Source: Octopus bimaculoides (Eukaryota). Taken from it: a DNA stretch of 46,127 bases. This document shows, one piece after another, positions 25,030 through 38,679 of this stretch. The position numbers and the translations under genes are program-made. The stretch is from contig NC_068982.1 in NCBI RefSeq assembly GCF_001194135.2, forward strand, positions 163,679,235-163,725,361, read 5' to 3'. The notes beneath the pieces were generated by a model. The model searched no databases and was not told the origin of the DNA. It worked only from the letters and a program-made list of their open reading frames with translations. Position 1 is the first letter of the stretch, and each line of letters starts with the position of its first letter.

Positions 25030-26700
25030 AGTGAGTTTTGGTTAGGTTTTTGCTTGACATTCTGAAGATTCCATATCACAAGGATTGGGAACTCAATAGT
25101 CTGAACAATACCTTTTCATAGCATCCAGAGGATTCCACTCCTATTATGTAGCCTTTATACTTCCTTAAAAGGGCTGACAAGGGGTTCACTGCTAGGACAA
25201 AAACATTTCATATAAGCTATCACACTGAAATATTCCTGTTGATAACCTGATTCTGTTAATGACATTAGTGGTAGCTTCAGTTCTTAATGCTAGTTCTATT
25301 GTCAGCCCCTTAATGGCTTTGATGATAGCAGCTGGAACCTTAGCAAAGTATAATGACTCTATAATCCATATAAAGAATCAAATGTCTTCTTATAATGTAA
25401 CCACGCAGCCATCCACTTTTAGTGGTGCTGCTTTACTTTCTTAAGGATATCTTTATTGATGAGGGCTTGTTTTGGTATTGTCTCAAACTCATTTCTTTCC
25501 TCCTACCTGCTCTTCAATCATTATATTGTGCATTTCACAGTGAACCTGAATGAATGCATTCAAACAACCCTTGTATAATTTATACATCACATTCAGACAC
25601 ACTATGGACTTATAGCTGTTGGCCATATGCATTGCCTGGTTTATAGCTACTAGTGTTGTATGTGCAACTGCCAATCTGTCTGACATATCAAGCTCAACAT
25701 TCATTGTTCTTTCAAACTGGTTAATGAGAAATGATCTGTAGGAGTTTTCTATACCAATAGCCCACTATCAGTTTCCTTCTAGATAATTTCCTATTCAGCA
25801 GCTTTGCAACAACTGTCAGGAGGGTTTCACTATTGATATTATAAGTTTTGAAAAAGTTGTTTGTGCAAGACTCACTCCATAGCTCATTAAAATCTTTGTA
25901 GCTCATCTAGAAAAGGAGATTTCTCAACCTTGATGGTATGCCCCTTCATTCTGTGATACACTGCTGGTGGGATTTATTACAAACTTGTGGTTGATGGTTT
26001 TTTTTGTTCTCAAAGTTTTTTTTTTATATAATGAAATTGTACACTTGCCACTTGCAGTTCATGTTTAAGGGCAACTAACTTGCCTATAAGCATTTCTTGT
26101 CTTCAGTTTTCAAAGACTTTAGATAACCTATCATAAAGTTGCAGCTGAGGGTTCATGAATTTATTATTCACTTTGCACTTAATAGTTGTGTTTAGCTGCC
26201 CAGAAATTTTCCTGAGTCTGTCAATATATATCCAGAGAGAGATGACACATTTCATTTGTTTCTTCTTAATACAATCAATCCCTGTATTCCCATCTGTTGT
26301 TGAATAGTAATCACAGCTCAATATAACAACATTCAACATCCAAAAGTTGGGATTTTCAATCGCTGCTAGCTGGTCTTTAGCTATTTGGTCCATAGTGGAT
26401 AACATCAGGCTGGTTGATTTTCTACCAATTTATGTGGTAGTTGTTCTCCCATGTCCATGTTGATGGTGAAGTTTTGTTTGAATTTGGCTGTTGCTTCTGT
26501 TGTTTATATTCTTCACTCATTATTTCTCTTCCTTTCTTACTACTCACTTGTATAATAGCAGAATGCTCTTTTAAGTTCTATTGGTATAGCATCATTCATG
26601 CTTTGTACTGTTTATGATCGTCTCCAGAGAAGAATTTGTAGCATGTCTGTTTAAAATATGCATTTTTGGATCTCAAGTAGGCTCAGATGACACCGTATGT
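25030..26700 (-). mobile_element. R4/Dong-like (RLE-type) non-LTR retrotransposon RT relic
   Basis: Successive minus-strand fragments: IVGYWYRKL; ANSYKSIVCLNVMYKLYKGCLNAFIQVHCEMHNIMIEEQVGGKK; ALINKDILKKVK...AWLHYKKTFDS; RLSTGIFQCDSL / LAVNPLSALL. These follow the order YRPITCL..MYKL...EQ.G...LLINK..W.DYKKA.DS...GIFQGDSLS of such RTs. Many stops and frameshifts. Confidence 0.8.
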
Positions 26701-29700
26701 TTTCACTCTGTGATTGGCTGAATTAACAAGCTCTCTCTAACAGGCGCTCTCTGCTATGTCTGATTGTCACTTATATAATGTAGCTGCCACCATGTTCAAT
26801 CGAGTTCTTCGAGTTCCTTGTCTCGGTTCTTTAAAGGACTCCTGGCATGCAGTTTTGCTCTATTACATTAGAGCTGGCTTCTCTCACACAACATCCTTCT
26901 TCCATGTGCGCCAGCAGAATAGACCAAACTCAATGCCTTTATCTCATGTTTATTAGAGGCTTCTATCAAGCCTCTTTCTATATACACAAAGCACAACTAA
27001 TGTCTTCACACATTCATTCATTCACCACTACCACACTATAGACATCTCTATTAAACACTAATGACCACTCTATAAAATATTAACATTGTACTTAACCCAC
27101 ACTGCTGTGAATAAAGCTTTACTGCTGAACAAGGTCGATTTGTTATTGTATATCACCACACCGCTATCAAACACACAAACACAGTTGGCAACGTTTGTTT
27201 GCCACACACTGCTATCAACAAATACTGTCGCTGACATCATCATCTTCAACCAACAACTATGGAGTCAACCCAATGTGAGAACAACTTTTGTTAAAATAAC
27301 AATCAACAGACAATGTTAAGGTGGTGGTGTCAACAAACCGCCATATTGGTGACCTCAGAACCCTTATATTCATATAGCAATCTTCCACACAAAAATTTCA
27401 TTGATGTGGGATAACTCCTATCTGATGGTCTGTGGGGATAAAAGCTAATTTTTTCTCTATGAAAGTTGTCATTGTTGTTTGACACCGAACCTTGAGTAGT
27501 TATGGTGTTTTAGATTCCTATCATTCTTCATTCTTTTCATGTAACATATCGAGGGATCTTACCTAGCCTTTTTATAAAATTGGCACAAGTATTGCTTCAG
27601 TTCAAAGGCGCACAGATCTTTCTCTCGATATTTCGGCAACTTCTAATACCTGACATCAGTCTCCTGTCCAGCCTAGTAGTAATGTCAGGTTTTGAGTTTC
27701 AGTTAATTTTCTCTTTTTAATTACTACTATGATATTTCATAAAAAAGAAAAACACTTCTTTGCATTTTCTGGAAGAAGATAACCAATTTATTTATTTATT
27801 TGTATTGGGTTTGTATCAATGACAAAAGTTCTCAGGAGATAGTATTCATTATAGAAAGTTGAATAGTCCCCTTATACGTATGTATGTTTTCTTTTTCTCC
27901 TTTAGTGTTAATTCTGACTGGTCACATGCTTGGTAGAAAGGTTGTGAAGGAAAGTATATGTTTCTATGACTGGTTGGCTGATTGGCTGGGAGGATGTATT
28001 GTAATAGATAGAAATGAGAAACAGTGCAGTTATATTAAAGAAGGATGCAAAGATCATTGACAATGTATTTTTCTTTTAATATTGGGAAATATTTGCATGC
28101 CACTTTTTATTTATTTATTTGTGCTTTTACTTATTTCCTGAAGGTTTATGTAAATTTAATGTAATGATACTAATAGAATTCTTATCCATAAAGCTTAGCG
28201 GTCACATTTTTCCATTTACTGTAACAGTTTGGCAGCATAGCAGATGAGAAGAATTACAAGGCTGAAATCCTCCAATTAAGCTTAGCTTGTTTCATGTCTT
28301 GTCACCTGTGTGAATAAAGGAACAGTCAATCAAATGGAAATGTCTTTAAAAGCCACACTGGATTTAATCTGCAAACCCAGATTTGTGCAGATTATATGCA
28401 ATTCCATTCAAATATTTTGAGTGTGTCTAAGTAATTAGAAAATGTCCCAATGTTCTCNNNNNNNNNNTTTAAAAAAAAAAAAAAAAAAAAGAACATGCCT
28501 AAATGAATGGACATTAAAAGAAATTACAAACAGAGGATTTTAATATAAAGCATCAAATTAGAATTCTCTGTGGTTCATTTTCTCTTTGGAGGGTGAAAAG
28601 ATAGATTAAAAATCGTTTATTTTATTTTTATTAGTAATAGTTTTATCATTATAGTTTGATATTGCATTCATATTCTGGGAACTTAAAAATGAATCATTCA
28701 TTTTTTTTTCTATATTTTTAGCTCATTACTGATATATCAGAGAATATAAAGTCATTATTTTTTTTAGGGATATTCTTCATAAAAGAGATCATAATTTATC
28801 AATTCTCACTGGCCACTATGTTAAGAGTTAAAATAATGGTATCAAACATTAATTTTGTTGCTTTACCTTTTCTTTTTTTTGTTCTTTCTTCCACTTTCCA
28901 CTCCCTTTTATTGCTATTCCATAGAGAAAGGTTTCATTAGTAAAACCTGGTTGTATATCAATTCCACACTAACATTCATCAACATACATACTTATCAAAC
29001 GTACAACTAAAAATGACGTATGTATGTATGGAGGAGCAATGCATAAATGTCTAAACACTATAATGATTAAAGAATTATGAATATACTATGAATATACTAT
29101 GAAATATAGTCATAATAATTTAGAACCAAATTCAATGGTTTCAACTTCCAATGCAGCTGAAATCAACCTGATGTTTCTAAGTTTGAAAAATGTATTATAT
29201 ACAAAACCCCATATATATTCCATAAGTTGATATTCAAACATAACTTGTTAACAGATGAACATTACATTGTGTATTGTCTAATTTTTAAAGTTGAGGTGTC
29301 AGAAATTTTAATGGACCATTCTAAAATGTCTTACAGAGTTTGAATTTGCTTGTGTTCTGTGTTCAAATCTTGTTAAGTTTACTTTGCTTATCATCCCAAA
29401 GAACTAGGTATATACTTGAGTTAATGCATTCTACTAAAATGTGCATACAAGCTTGTGGTTTCATCCTCATATGAGAAATCGTCATTGAAGTTTTATCTAC
29501 TGTGGCATTTATATGTTTGTATCATGTTTCCAAGGTTCTATCCATTGTATGTTCTGAAATGATTATTACTTAAACTTTTAAAAACATGATTGATATCTGC
29601 CACATGTAATGTCTAAATAATTTATTAGTTAACTGACCATAGTTAGTTAAATAAAGGCTTGGAAGGTTTGGAAAACGTTGATGGATGATATTACCTAGAA

Positions 29701-30239
29701 TGTCACATGAGCACATCCAGAAAATTAGTATTTTTGGCCAATAATGAATAAGGAGTCTGCAGTGGAAATTAAAACTCTTTGGCAATTTATATTTTGTGCA
29801 TTCATTTTAGTGTATTCCTTCAGACTCAAAGAAGTCATAACTGTATGGCAATATTGCAAGCATAGAAAATGTGCATGACTTGCTTGTTTGTCAAATGCAC
29901 ACAGTTAACTATGTGAACAGTGATATATATAGTAACAAAGTCTTGCATATATAAATATAAATAAGGTAGTAATATCATTTTGCAAATTGATGAAAGAAAA
30001 TACGAATAGCCGTCCTTAGATTTAGTTAAAAATAAAATTAGATTAGCCTATATGTACCAATATTATCTATATGTAAGTTGGTTACATAATTAAAGAAAAC
30101 AGGAAGTACAAATGCTTTTTATCTAAATGTAGCAACAGCTTCTTTATAACTACATACCCTAACCCCAAAGGAAACTCAACATTCTGTTGACATAACAAAA
30201 TATCAATTTCATATAAAAAAAAAACACTAAAACTCTGTT

Positions 30240-30540
30240 GGTTATGATGATGAGGGTTCCAATTGATCCAATCAATGAAACAGCCAGCTCGTAAAATTAA
30301 TGTGCAAGAGGCTGATCATTCCACGGCCATGCATACTCTTAATGTAGTCCTCAGGGATATTCCTCATGATACAGAGTATGACAAGGCTGCCCCTTGGAAA
30401 TACGGGTACTACTCGTTTTTTCCAGCAGAGTGTATGTGAAATAAAATGTCTTGCTCAAAGACACAACAAGCCATTGGGAATCGAACTCACAACCTTATGG
30501 ATGTGAACTGATTAACTTAAAGACTAAGCCACATGTCTTC
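30240..30540 (-). mobile_element. SINE (same head family as 3078-3292)
   Basis: gtgaaataaaatgtcttgctcaaagacacaac...gggaatcgaactcac is the reverse of the body plus B box. A tail-type copy lies at ~30700-30935. Confidence 0.8.
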
Positions 30541-31330
30541 TCTATAAAAAAAAAACCCAGTAATGATCATCTAACAGTCCTATGACATTTATTATCTAAC
30601 TACCTCTTAGTCTCTAGGTTGACAGCTTTCTTAGAATGTATGCAAACTTTATCACTCTCTGTCATTTTCTTTCTAACTGTCAGTCTTCTTTCTCTGCTCT
30701 GTATTATAAACCATGCTATCAATGTTGTTGCCATCATTGTCATCATCATTGATTTACTTCCCCTTTCCATGCTGGCATGGGTTGGACTGGTCGCTGCTTT
30801 TCATTTTAATTATAGCTTTCATTGCCTTTTTGGCATGGTTTCTGCATGCCAAAATGGTTTCTGTACTGAATGCTCCTCACAACATCAACCGTTTTATAGA
30901 GTGCACTGGGTGCATTTTATTGTGGCACTAACACAATGGTACTCACTAGCCTATGTCTCTGCTTATTAACCACTTTACAAAAGTGTTATACACCCCCCAC
31001 ACACACGCATGCATGCACAAACACACACACACATATATACATATACACATATATACATACATATATATAGTAGAATAAGAAATAGAAAACCTTGGTACAG
31101 TATTATATATTTGAAAAAATGAATAGAAATGGCTTTTCTGATAATTTTTCCACTTTAATAATTAGATGTTTACAAAAGGTCTTTGAAGACCGCTTTCAAG
31201 CAACAAACTCCGATCAGAGCCACCTTTTGTAAACATCTAATTATTAAAGTGAAAAAATTATCAGAAAAGCCATTTCTATTCATTTTTTGAAACACACACA
31301 CACATGTATGTATGTTTATATATACATATA

Positions 31331-31385
<55 letters not shown>

Positions 31386-32063
31386 NNNNNNNNNNNNNNN
31401 NNNNNNNNNNNNNNNNNNNNNNNNNNNNNNNNNNNNNNNNNNNNNNNNNNNNNNNNNNNNNNNNNNNNNNNNNNNNNNNNNNNNNNNNNNNNNNNNNNNN
31501 NNNNNNNNNNNNNNNNNNNNNNNNNNNNNNNNNNNNNNNNNNNNNNNNNNNNNNNNNNNNNNNNNNNNNNNNNNNNNNNNNNNNNNNNNNNNNNNNNNNN
31601 NNNNNNNNNNNNNNNNNNNNNNNNNNNNNNNNNNNNNNNNNNNNNNNNNNNNNNNNNNNNNNNNNNNNNNNNNNNNNNNNNNNNNNNNNNNNNNNNNNNN
31701 NNNNNNNNNNNNNNNNNNNNNNNNNNNNNNNNNNNNNNNNNNNNNNNNNNNNNNNNNNNNNNNNNNNNNNNNNNNNNNNNNNNNNNNNNNNNNNNNNNNN
31801 NNNNNNNNNNNNNNNNNNNNNNNNNNNNNNNNNNNNNNNNNNNNNNNNNNNNNNNNNNNNNNNNNNNNNNNNNNNNNNNNNNNNNNNNNNNNNNNNNNNN
31901 NNNNNNNNNNNNNNNNNNNNNNNNNNNNNNNNNNNNNNNNNNNNNNNNNNNNNNNNNNNNNNNNNNNNNNNNNNNNNNNNNNNNNNNNNNNNNNNNNNNN
32001 NNNNNNNNNNNNNNNNNNNNNNNNNNNNNNNNNNNNNNNNNNNNNNNNNNNNNNNNNNNNNNN

Positions 32064-32109
<46 letters not shown>

Positions 32110-32544
32110 CAGCCTGTAAAGTGGATGTTAAATGAAAATGATTATAGCAATGAGAGTCTTTTATTCCTCTTTTTGTCTTATGTGTGTATGTGTATGGCAG
32201 AAGCGTTAGCACGCTGGACGAAATGCTTAGTGGTATTTTATCTGCCTATATGTTCTGAGTTCAAATTTGCCTTTCATCTTTTTGGGGTTGAAGAAATAAG
32301 TACCAGTTACGCACTGGAATCGATGTAATCAGCTTAATCCCTTTGTCCTTGTTTGTCCCCTCTATGTTTAGCCCCCTGTGGGCAATAAAGAAATAAATGT
32401 GTATGTGTGTGTGCGTGTGTGTGTGTGTATGCATGCTTGCATGTATTCAGAAAGAGAGAAAGAGAGAGTGAGAGAGAGAGAGAGATGTAGATACACACAG
32501 AGACACATATACGCATGTACATGTACACTCATATATATATATAC

Positions 32545-33040
32545 ATAGACATAGCTGCATGGCTAACAAATTTGTAACCAGATGATATTGTAACCAGATT
32601 TGTCACCAGATGATTTTGGGTTCAGTCCCTCAGTACAGTACTTTGCCCAGGTGCCTTTAACAACAACTTTGCATTGGTCAATACTTCGTGAATGAAATTT
32701 GGTAGATGGGAACTGTATAGAAAGCCTTTACAATAGTGTATGTGTGTGCATGCGTGTGTAAGTGTGTATTCATGCATGTGTGTGTGGGCATGACTGTCAC
32801 AATGCGTCTTTGCATTGGCAACATTCTTTACACCTTCTCAGAAAAAAAACCCCCACTTCTGACAACAATTGCATATGCAAGGATGTGGAATAAAATATTC
32901 TAACTTGTAACACAAGTTAAGGTTGGCACCAGGAAAGACATCTAGCTGTAAAATATTGCCTGAAGAAGTTTCATCCAGCCCATGGTAGCATGGAAAAAAA
33001 CAGACATAAAACAATGAAGATGATGATGATGATGACGACC
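32545..33040 (+). mobile_element. Degenerate composite SINE with RTE-type (GAT)n tail
   Basis: ttgggttcagtccc...gtgaatgaaatttggtagatgggaactg...cccatggtagcatggaaaaaaacagacataaaacaatgaagatgatgatg. Confidence 0.7.
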
Positions 33041-33398
33041 TTTATCTATATCTATATATATATTTCATTCTTCCATTTCACTCTTGTTTAACCCCTGTTG
33101 CTAAATTCTAAAGCCTTAATGCATTGATTGCCCATATTTTATGACCAAACATTTTTGCAGATTCTCGTAACCGATGCCATCACTTTCATTATTATACATC
33201 CTTCACTATTAAAGATTTCACTGTTATACATCGCCTCACCAACTCCATAATGCTGCCAATAAAGTTTATACAAAAACAAATTAGTAATGGCCACTAGTGT
33301 GTAATAGAATGAAATAGTAAAGAAACAGAACTAAACAAAAAGGAAAAACTAAATTGCTTAAATATATATATGGTGTTAGCATGACCTTAAATGATAAA

Positions 33399-33399
<1 letters not shown>

Positions 33400-33446
<47 letters not shown>

Positions 33447-34373
33447 GAGAGAGGTGAGAGAGAGAAGAGAGAAGAGAGAGGGGGAGGGGGTGTAGAAGAA
33501 TGAGATGAGAAATATATGGAAGATAATTCTGTAGTTTGTTTAGAAATCTTTGGAAATATATTGGCAAGTAAGAAAACTTAGATTGGACTTTCAAAGTGTA
33601 TTGATGAGGATGACGATGATGATGATGATGATGATGATGAAGATGATGCTGATGATGATGACAATGGTGAAAATGATATTGATGGCAGTAATGAACATAA
33701 TAATGATGACGATTATGATGATGATGGTGAGGAAAAGAGAGAGCAAGGCAATGGGTGAAAGGATTATGATGATAATGATGGTCATAAAGATAATGGTAGT
33801 GATAATGATGACGAAGAGAAAGAGAAGACATGGTGTATGGTGATGAGGATAAAGAGGGGGGGGGGGATAAAATGGAGTTAGATGATGATGAGCAGAGGAA
33901 AGATGTGCAAGTAGAAGGGAGATGGGGAGGGAGAAGGAAGAACGTCCATATTGGTCGTGGTGGCAGTGGTGGTAGTTATAATAGCAATAGTCATAATAAC
34001 GATGATTATCTAATATTAACTAAAGCCTTAAATATTACTCTGACATATTTGCTGTGCTAACTGCAGTAGGGATTGTCTGCATCATAAACGACAACCCTTG
34101 GAAAGGTCAATGTGACCAGCAGATAATGTTCTATGTAATATGTAATTGGAGAGTAGTTAATGGGTTTTGGCAAAGGAATCATAACTTTATATATCCGTGT
34201 GTGTGTGAATGTATGTGTGTGTGTATGTGTGTATATGTCTATGTTTGTGTGTGTGTGTGTATGTGAGTGCAAGCTTATATATGTGAGTATGTAAAGGCAT
34301 GTATGAGTGTATAGGTATGTGCACAAATGCGTAGTGAGTATGGACATACATGCACACATGCACACACATATAT

Positions 34374-34428
<55 letters not shown>

Positions 34429-34760
34429 CAGACAGACAGAGGGGAGAAAAAGAGAAAGGGAAGAGAGAGAGGAGGGGGGAAGTAGTAACAAAAGAAATAG
34501 ATAAAAAATCAGAGTATGAATGAGTAAAATATGAAGAAGCATAGAGAAAAAGCAACTAAAAAGAATGGTGAGAGAAAGATATTGAAGAAGACAAAAAGAA
34601 GGATGAAGACGAAGAAAATAAATGGAAAGTTGGGGGTGGAAGTTGAAAGAGATAAATGAGGAAAAATAAAAAGGAGATGGAGGAGAAAGGAAGTAAGAAA
34701 AAGGATGGGAAGAAAGAGAGAAAGAAGGAAAACATGGAAGAAACAAAAGAATTGAAGAAT
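33400..34760 (+). repeat. Compound simple-sequence region: (GA)n, (GAT)n, (GT)n and purine-rich low complexity
   Basis: Directly visible; it accounts for the His-, Met- and Leu/Ser-rich ORFs at 33376-34827. Confidence 0.9.
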
Positions 34761-36904
34761 GACTATACATGATTGAAACGTTTGATGATATTGAATGGTT
34801 CGTTCCAAAGTTATTTATTGTTCTCAATCTGATGAGATCAACAGAAACTGTTATATCATCTTAGAAGACTTCCTTGAATGGATCCCTGCAGAAGTGTTAT
34901 TGTAGAAACCTGGCTTTTAGGAGAGAAACGTTAGTAGGGATTCAACTTTTTTGGCAGCCAAAGATTATAATTCCTGCAGCTATGTGATAAATACTTTTGT
35001 ATTAACTTTGGATCTTTAACAATTGAAAACCCAATTGAGATACTTGATTCTTAAGCTTTATGATTTACTTGCAATATTTTGTCAAATATTTGCAAAAAAA
35101 AAAAAAAAAAAATCAAGTTCTTGCCTTTTCTGGTTTTATATTTTAGTTACATTTATTTATTTATCTATCAATATTTTGAATAACTTGTGACACTAAATAC
35201 TCAAATATCATCATCATTGACATCCTCATCTTATTTTATATTCTAAGTTATCAACACAAGGTACCACTACCTCATTGTCTCTCTCCCATCCTCATTCACA
35301 CATATTCAAGTATATATATAGATAATACATATTATACTTCACAGATTATCATCAATACGAGGCACTATTTAATAGCCTATATTTGAATAAGAATCTTCAG
35401 TCAGTATCCAGCAGGGGATTGATTACTTTCACTGGCATGAAACATAAAATCATGGACTAGTAGTGATCTTTAACCACTGCATATTAATCAATATCTTTAA
35501 TTTAAGAAGAATGACCTTACAGGAATATAACTGTTTCAGTATACATATCTCATCATATGTCAAACCTATGATGATATATGATATGTATTGAAATAGCTAC
35601 ATTTCTATGAAGTCAAAATTCTCACACACAAAAAAAAATGCATTCTGTAAACATTATTCACAGAATCCTTTTGTGAGCTCTAGTTTTCTTGCTGTTTATT
35701 TGAGAATAACACTGAATATCAAATAATATCTATCACCTAACACTAAGCACTGAGACAACAATGTTTTACAGTTTATTATTGGGTTGTTTCCATTACATTT
35801 ACTTTTGCCCTTTAGCAAACTTGTTAACCATCTCTCCTTAATCTAATTTGTATATTCTATAATATTCATAAACACATTAGGCTGTTGTTGTTTATCTCCA
35901 GATTAGTTCTGATCAAGCAAACTTACTATTAATGCATGCCATCTTATTTTTAGACCATCCCATCTTATTTTCAAACTATGTGCCTAAGACTACATTTGGT
36001 CTTTTTAGTTTGTGGAGGAAATTTGGATGCTATTTCTAGCTAGCTGGTGAACTGCATAGAAACTCTTTTGTTGACTTGACATTAATCTGTTGTTTGGAGA
36101 GCCAAATTGATAGAACTTTTGACTTCATCCAATGTGCTAGCAGTTCATATCTTGTTACCAGGCCTGCGTTGTGTTGGAAGCAAAGTCACATGTTTTTTTT
36201 TAACAGCTTTGTTCATTTAGCTGTAAATAAGTGCCATAAGTTAGGAATAACTGACTAATATACACATAACAGCTTTATTGGTAACACTATAAAAATAATG
36301 TTTTTTCCAATTAGCACTGCTAAATTTAACCCATGTTGTGAGCATATCATGGCGAAGAATGATTCTGTCAAGTTGATTCACCTTCAGATTCACCAGAATG
36401 ATGATTATGTTTTTCAGTTGTGAATCAATGTTCTTATGGGTTATAAGACTCATCGGTCACTACTTTATTTAAATATATGTTATTTGTTTCATACACTTGC
36501 TTGGGACAAGTAAAATGTTTTCATAATAAAAGTCATTACTTTATAATGTGTAAATACAGTTAAAGATAAGCTGAGAGAGGGAAGTTAACAGATATCATTG
36601 CCAGGAATATGTCACAAAAACATCTCAGTCTTTAGTTTTGTTACAAAAAGAAATATGTTTACTTCATGACAAGTTGTTTAGTTACCATTTTGTTTGAGTA
36701 GCTGTCGTATGGGCACATAAAATTAGTCTAATTCACTAAATAATAAAAATTTGTTATGAATTCAATATTCTGTTAGCAGAGTAAGCATTTCATGCATAAA
36801 ACGGTACTGGAGGATTACAAGTAAGTTGATTTCATACAAATCATATACACTGGTACTATTCAAGGTTTATTGTGCTACTGTTATTGTTGTTTTGTTAAAC
36901 TGAT

Positions 36905-37245
36905 CAGTTTGAGTTGATCTAAGACCCAACCCCCTTTGGTCATGAATGACCATGGGATTGCACCTAGAAAGTTTTCCTCCAAGACACAAGTCTGGGCAAG
37001 GTTGTTTATGGAAGACTCCAGCCTCCACTCTCCATGCTACCAATGTTATCCAAGCGAAAGGCAAAAGCTGATACAGCTTGGCACCAGTGACACTGCAACT
37101 CATTTCTACAGTCAAGTGTACTGGAGCAGTGTGAAATAAAGTGTCTTGCTCAAGAACACAACACCCAGCCCAGTCTGGGAATTGAACACACTACTTCATG
37201 ATTGTGAGCCCTATGCTCTAACCACTGAGCCATGCAGCCATGCAT
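36905..37245 (-). mobile_element. tRNA-derived SINE
   Basis: Reverse complement begins gcatggctcagtggttagagcatagggctcacaatcatgaagtagtgtgttcaattccc (A and B boxes), then ttgtgttcttgagcaagacactttatttcac. Confidence 0.85.
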
Positions 37246-37724
37246 CTTCACTATAATAAAGCAATAACTGATCAAGTGAACAAGAGTATTAACCAGGACA
37301 GCGATATGAATTGTTTGATAGATTATATCTGAAGCTTTAGGATGTGTTTTGTCATCTGATTGTCTTCTCAATAGAGCCCTAATATATAGGATCTTGGAAA
37401 TACAAAGTAATCATTATAAAGATATCAAGGAGTTCATTGAGGAGTAACTGGCTGCTACATAGAGTAAGTCGAGCAACTGCATTGTGACTTCTTTTCCTTT
37501 GTGGACTAGATTATATAGAAGGGTAAATAAGTTATGTTGTTTAAATGATATAATTTATACCAAGAAAAGAATTTGGAAACTGGATGGAATAATATTGGCA
37601 AAACACTGCCTCCATTTGTGACAAAATTTTTTATACACAGTTAGCTGACCTGCAAAAAATAGCAGCCAAATTTGCCTCAAAACACATGCCACCATTTAAA
37701 AAAGGGAAGAATATTCATTAGGCA

Positions 37725-38275
37725 CAGATGTGGCCATATGGTAAGAAGTTTGCTTCTCAACCACATGGTTTGGGGTTCAGTCCCACTGCATGACACCTTG
37801 TGCAAGTGTCTTCCACTATAGCCTCATGCCAACTATAACCTTGTGAGTGGATTTGGTAGATGGAAACTGAAACTGAAACATAAATATATATGCACATATA
37901 TATAGGACAGGCTTCTTTCAGTTTCCATCTACCAAATCCACTCACAAGGCTATGGTTAGCCTGAGGCTATAGTGGAAGACACTTGCACAAGGTGTCATGC
38001 AGTGGGACTGAACCCCAAACCATGTGGTTGAGAAGCAAACTTCTTACCACAGTGATTGAGTTTGTTTCCCCACCACTGCTTGACAACTGGCGCTGATGTA
38101 TTTATGTCTCTGTAACTTAGCAGTTTTGGCAAAAGAGACCGATAGAGTAGCTACTAAACTTTAAAAATAAGTACTGGGGTGGGGGGTTGATATATTCAAC
38201 TAAAAATTCTTCAAGGTAGTGCCCCAGCAGGCTGCAGTCTAATGACTGAAACAGGTAAAAAGACAAAAAAAAAAG
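37725..38275 (+). mobile_element. SINE containing an inverted duplication of its own head
   Basis: Head/core at 37739-37872, inverted copy at 37916-38049, forward tail at ~38065-38275. Confidence 0.9.
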
Positions 38276-38679
38276 CTAAAAGATTACGTTATCCTTGAAA
38301 CGCCAACTGGAAGTATTATGGCTGGAACACCAATAATCATAGATCTTTTTGATCAGGTTCGGTTGAAACTGAATAACAACAACCAGCAAAATTATTTATA
38401 AATGTATCTTTCAATATCTGCAAAAAAATATTTGGCAAAATATATAAAATACTAGACCTTCCTAATGTGTGCATTCTTGAACTGAGCTATGAACTTTAAA
38501 TATATTTTAACATGAAATACTACCAAGAAAAGATAGTTATTTACATTTGACTTTGAAAACTTGAATCAACAGATTAGAAAAGTTTTGAAATTCCATTTCA
38601 TGGGAAGCAAGCTTTATATTTTATATATATTTTCCAAATATCTTTCCTGACAAATATCTTTCCTGACTATAGCAGCACA

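Noticed and set aside
25100-25400. Gypsy RT-RNaseH reading (AVNPLSALLRK)
   Set aside because: Upstream motifs (INK..L, W..YKK..DS, GIFQxDS) fit a non-LTR R4-like RT; no LTRs or integrase are seen.
27620-27665. Minus-strand hammerhead-like string CTGATGTCAGGTA...TTGCCGAAATATC
   Set aside because: The core is broken (CUGAUGUCA) and the stem I flanks (GGAGA / GAGAG) cannot pair; at best an unprovable relic.
33376-34827. His-rich, Met-rich and TM-like ORFs
   Set aside because: They are products of (GAT)n and (GA)n low-complexity DNA, with no domain signal.
34820-34860. CTGATGAGATCAACAGAAACTGTTA hammerhead-like core
   Set aside because: Neither stem II nor stem I pairs.
3078-37245. tRNA genes suggested by A/B boxes (3078, 5562 and 37150-37245)
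   Set aside because: There is no complete cloverleaf, and each runs into a SINE body.
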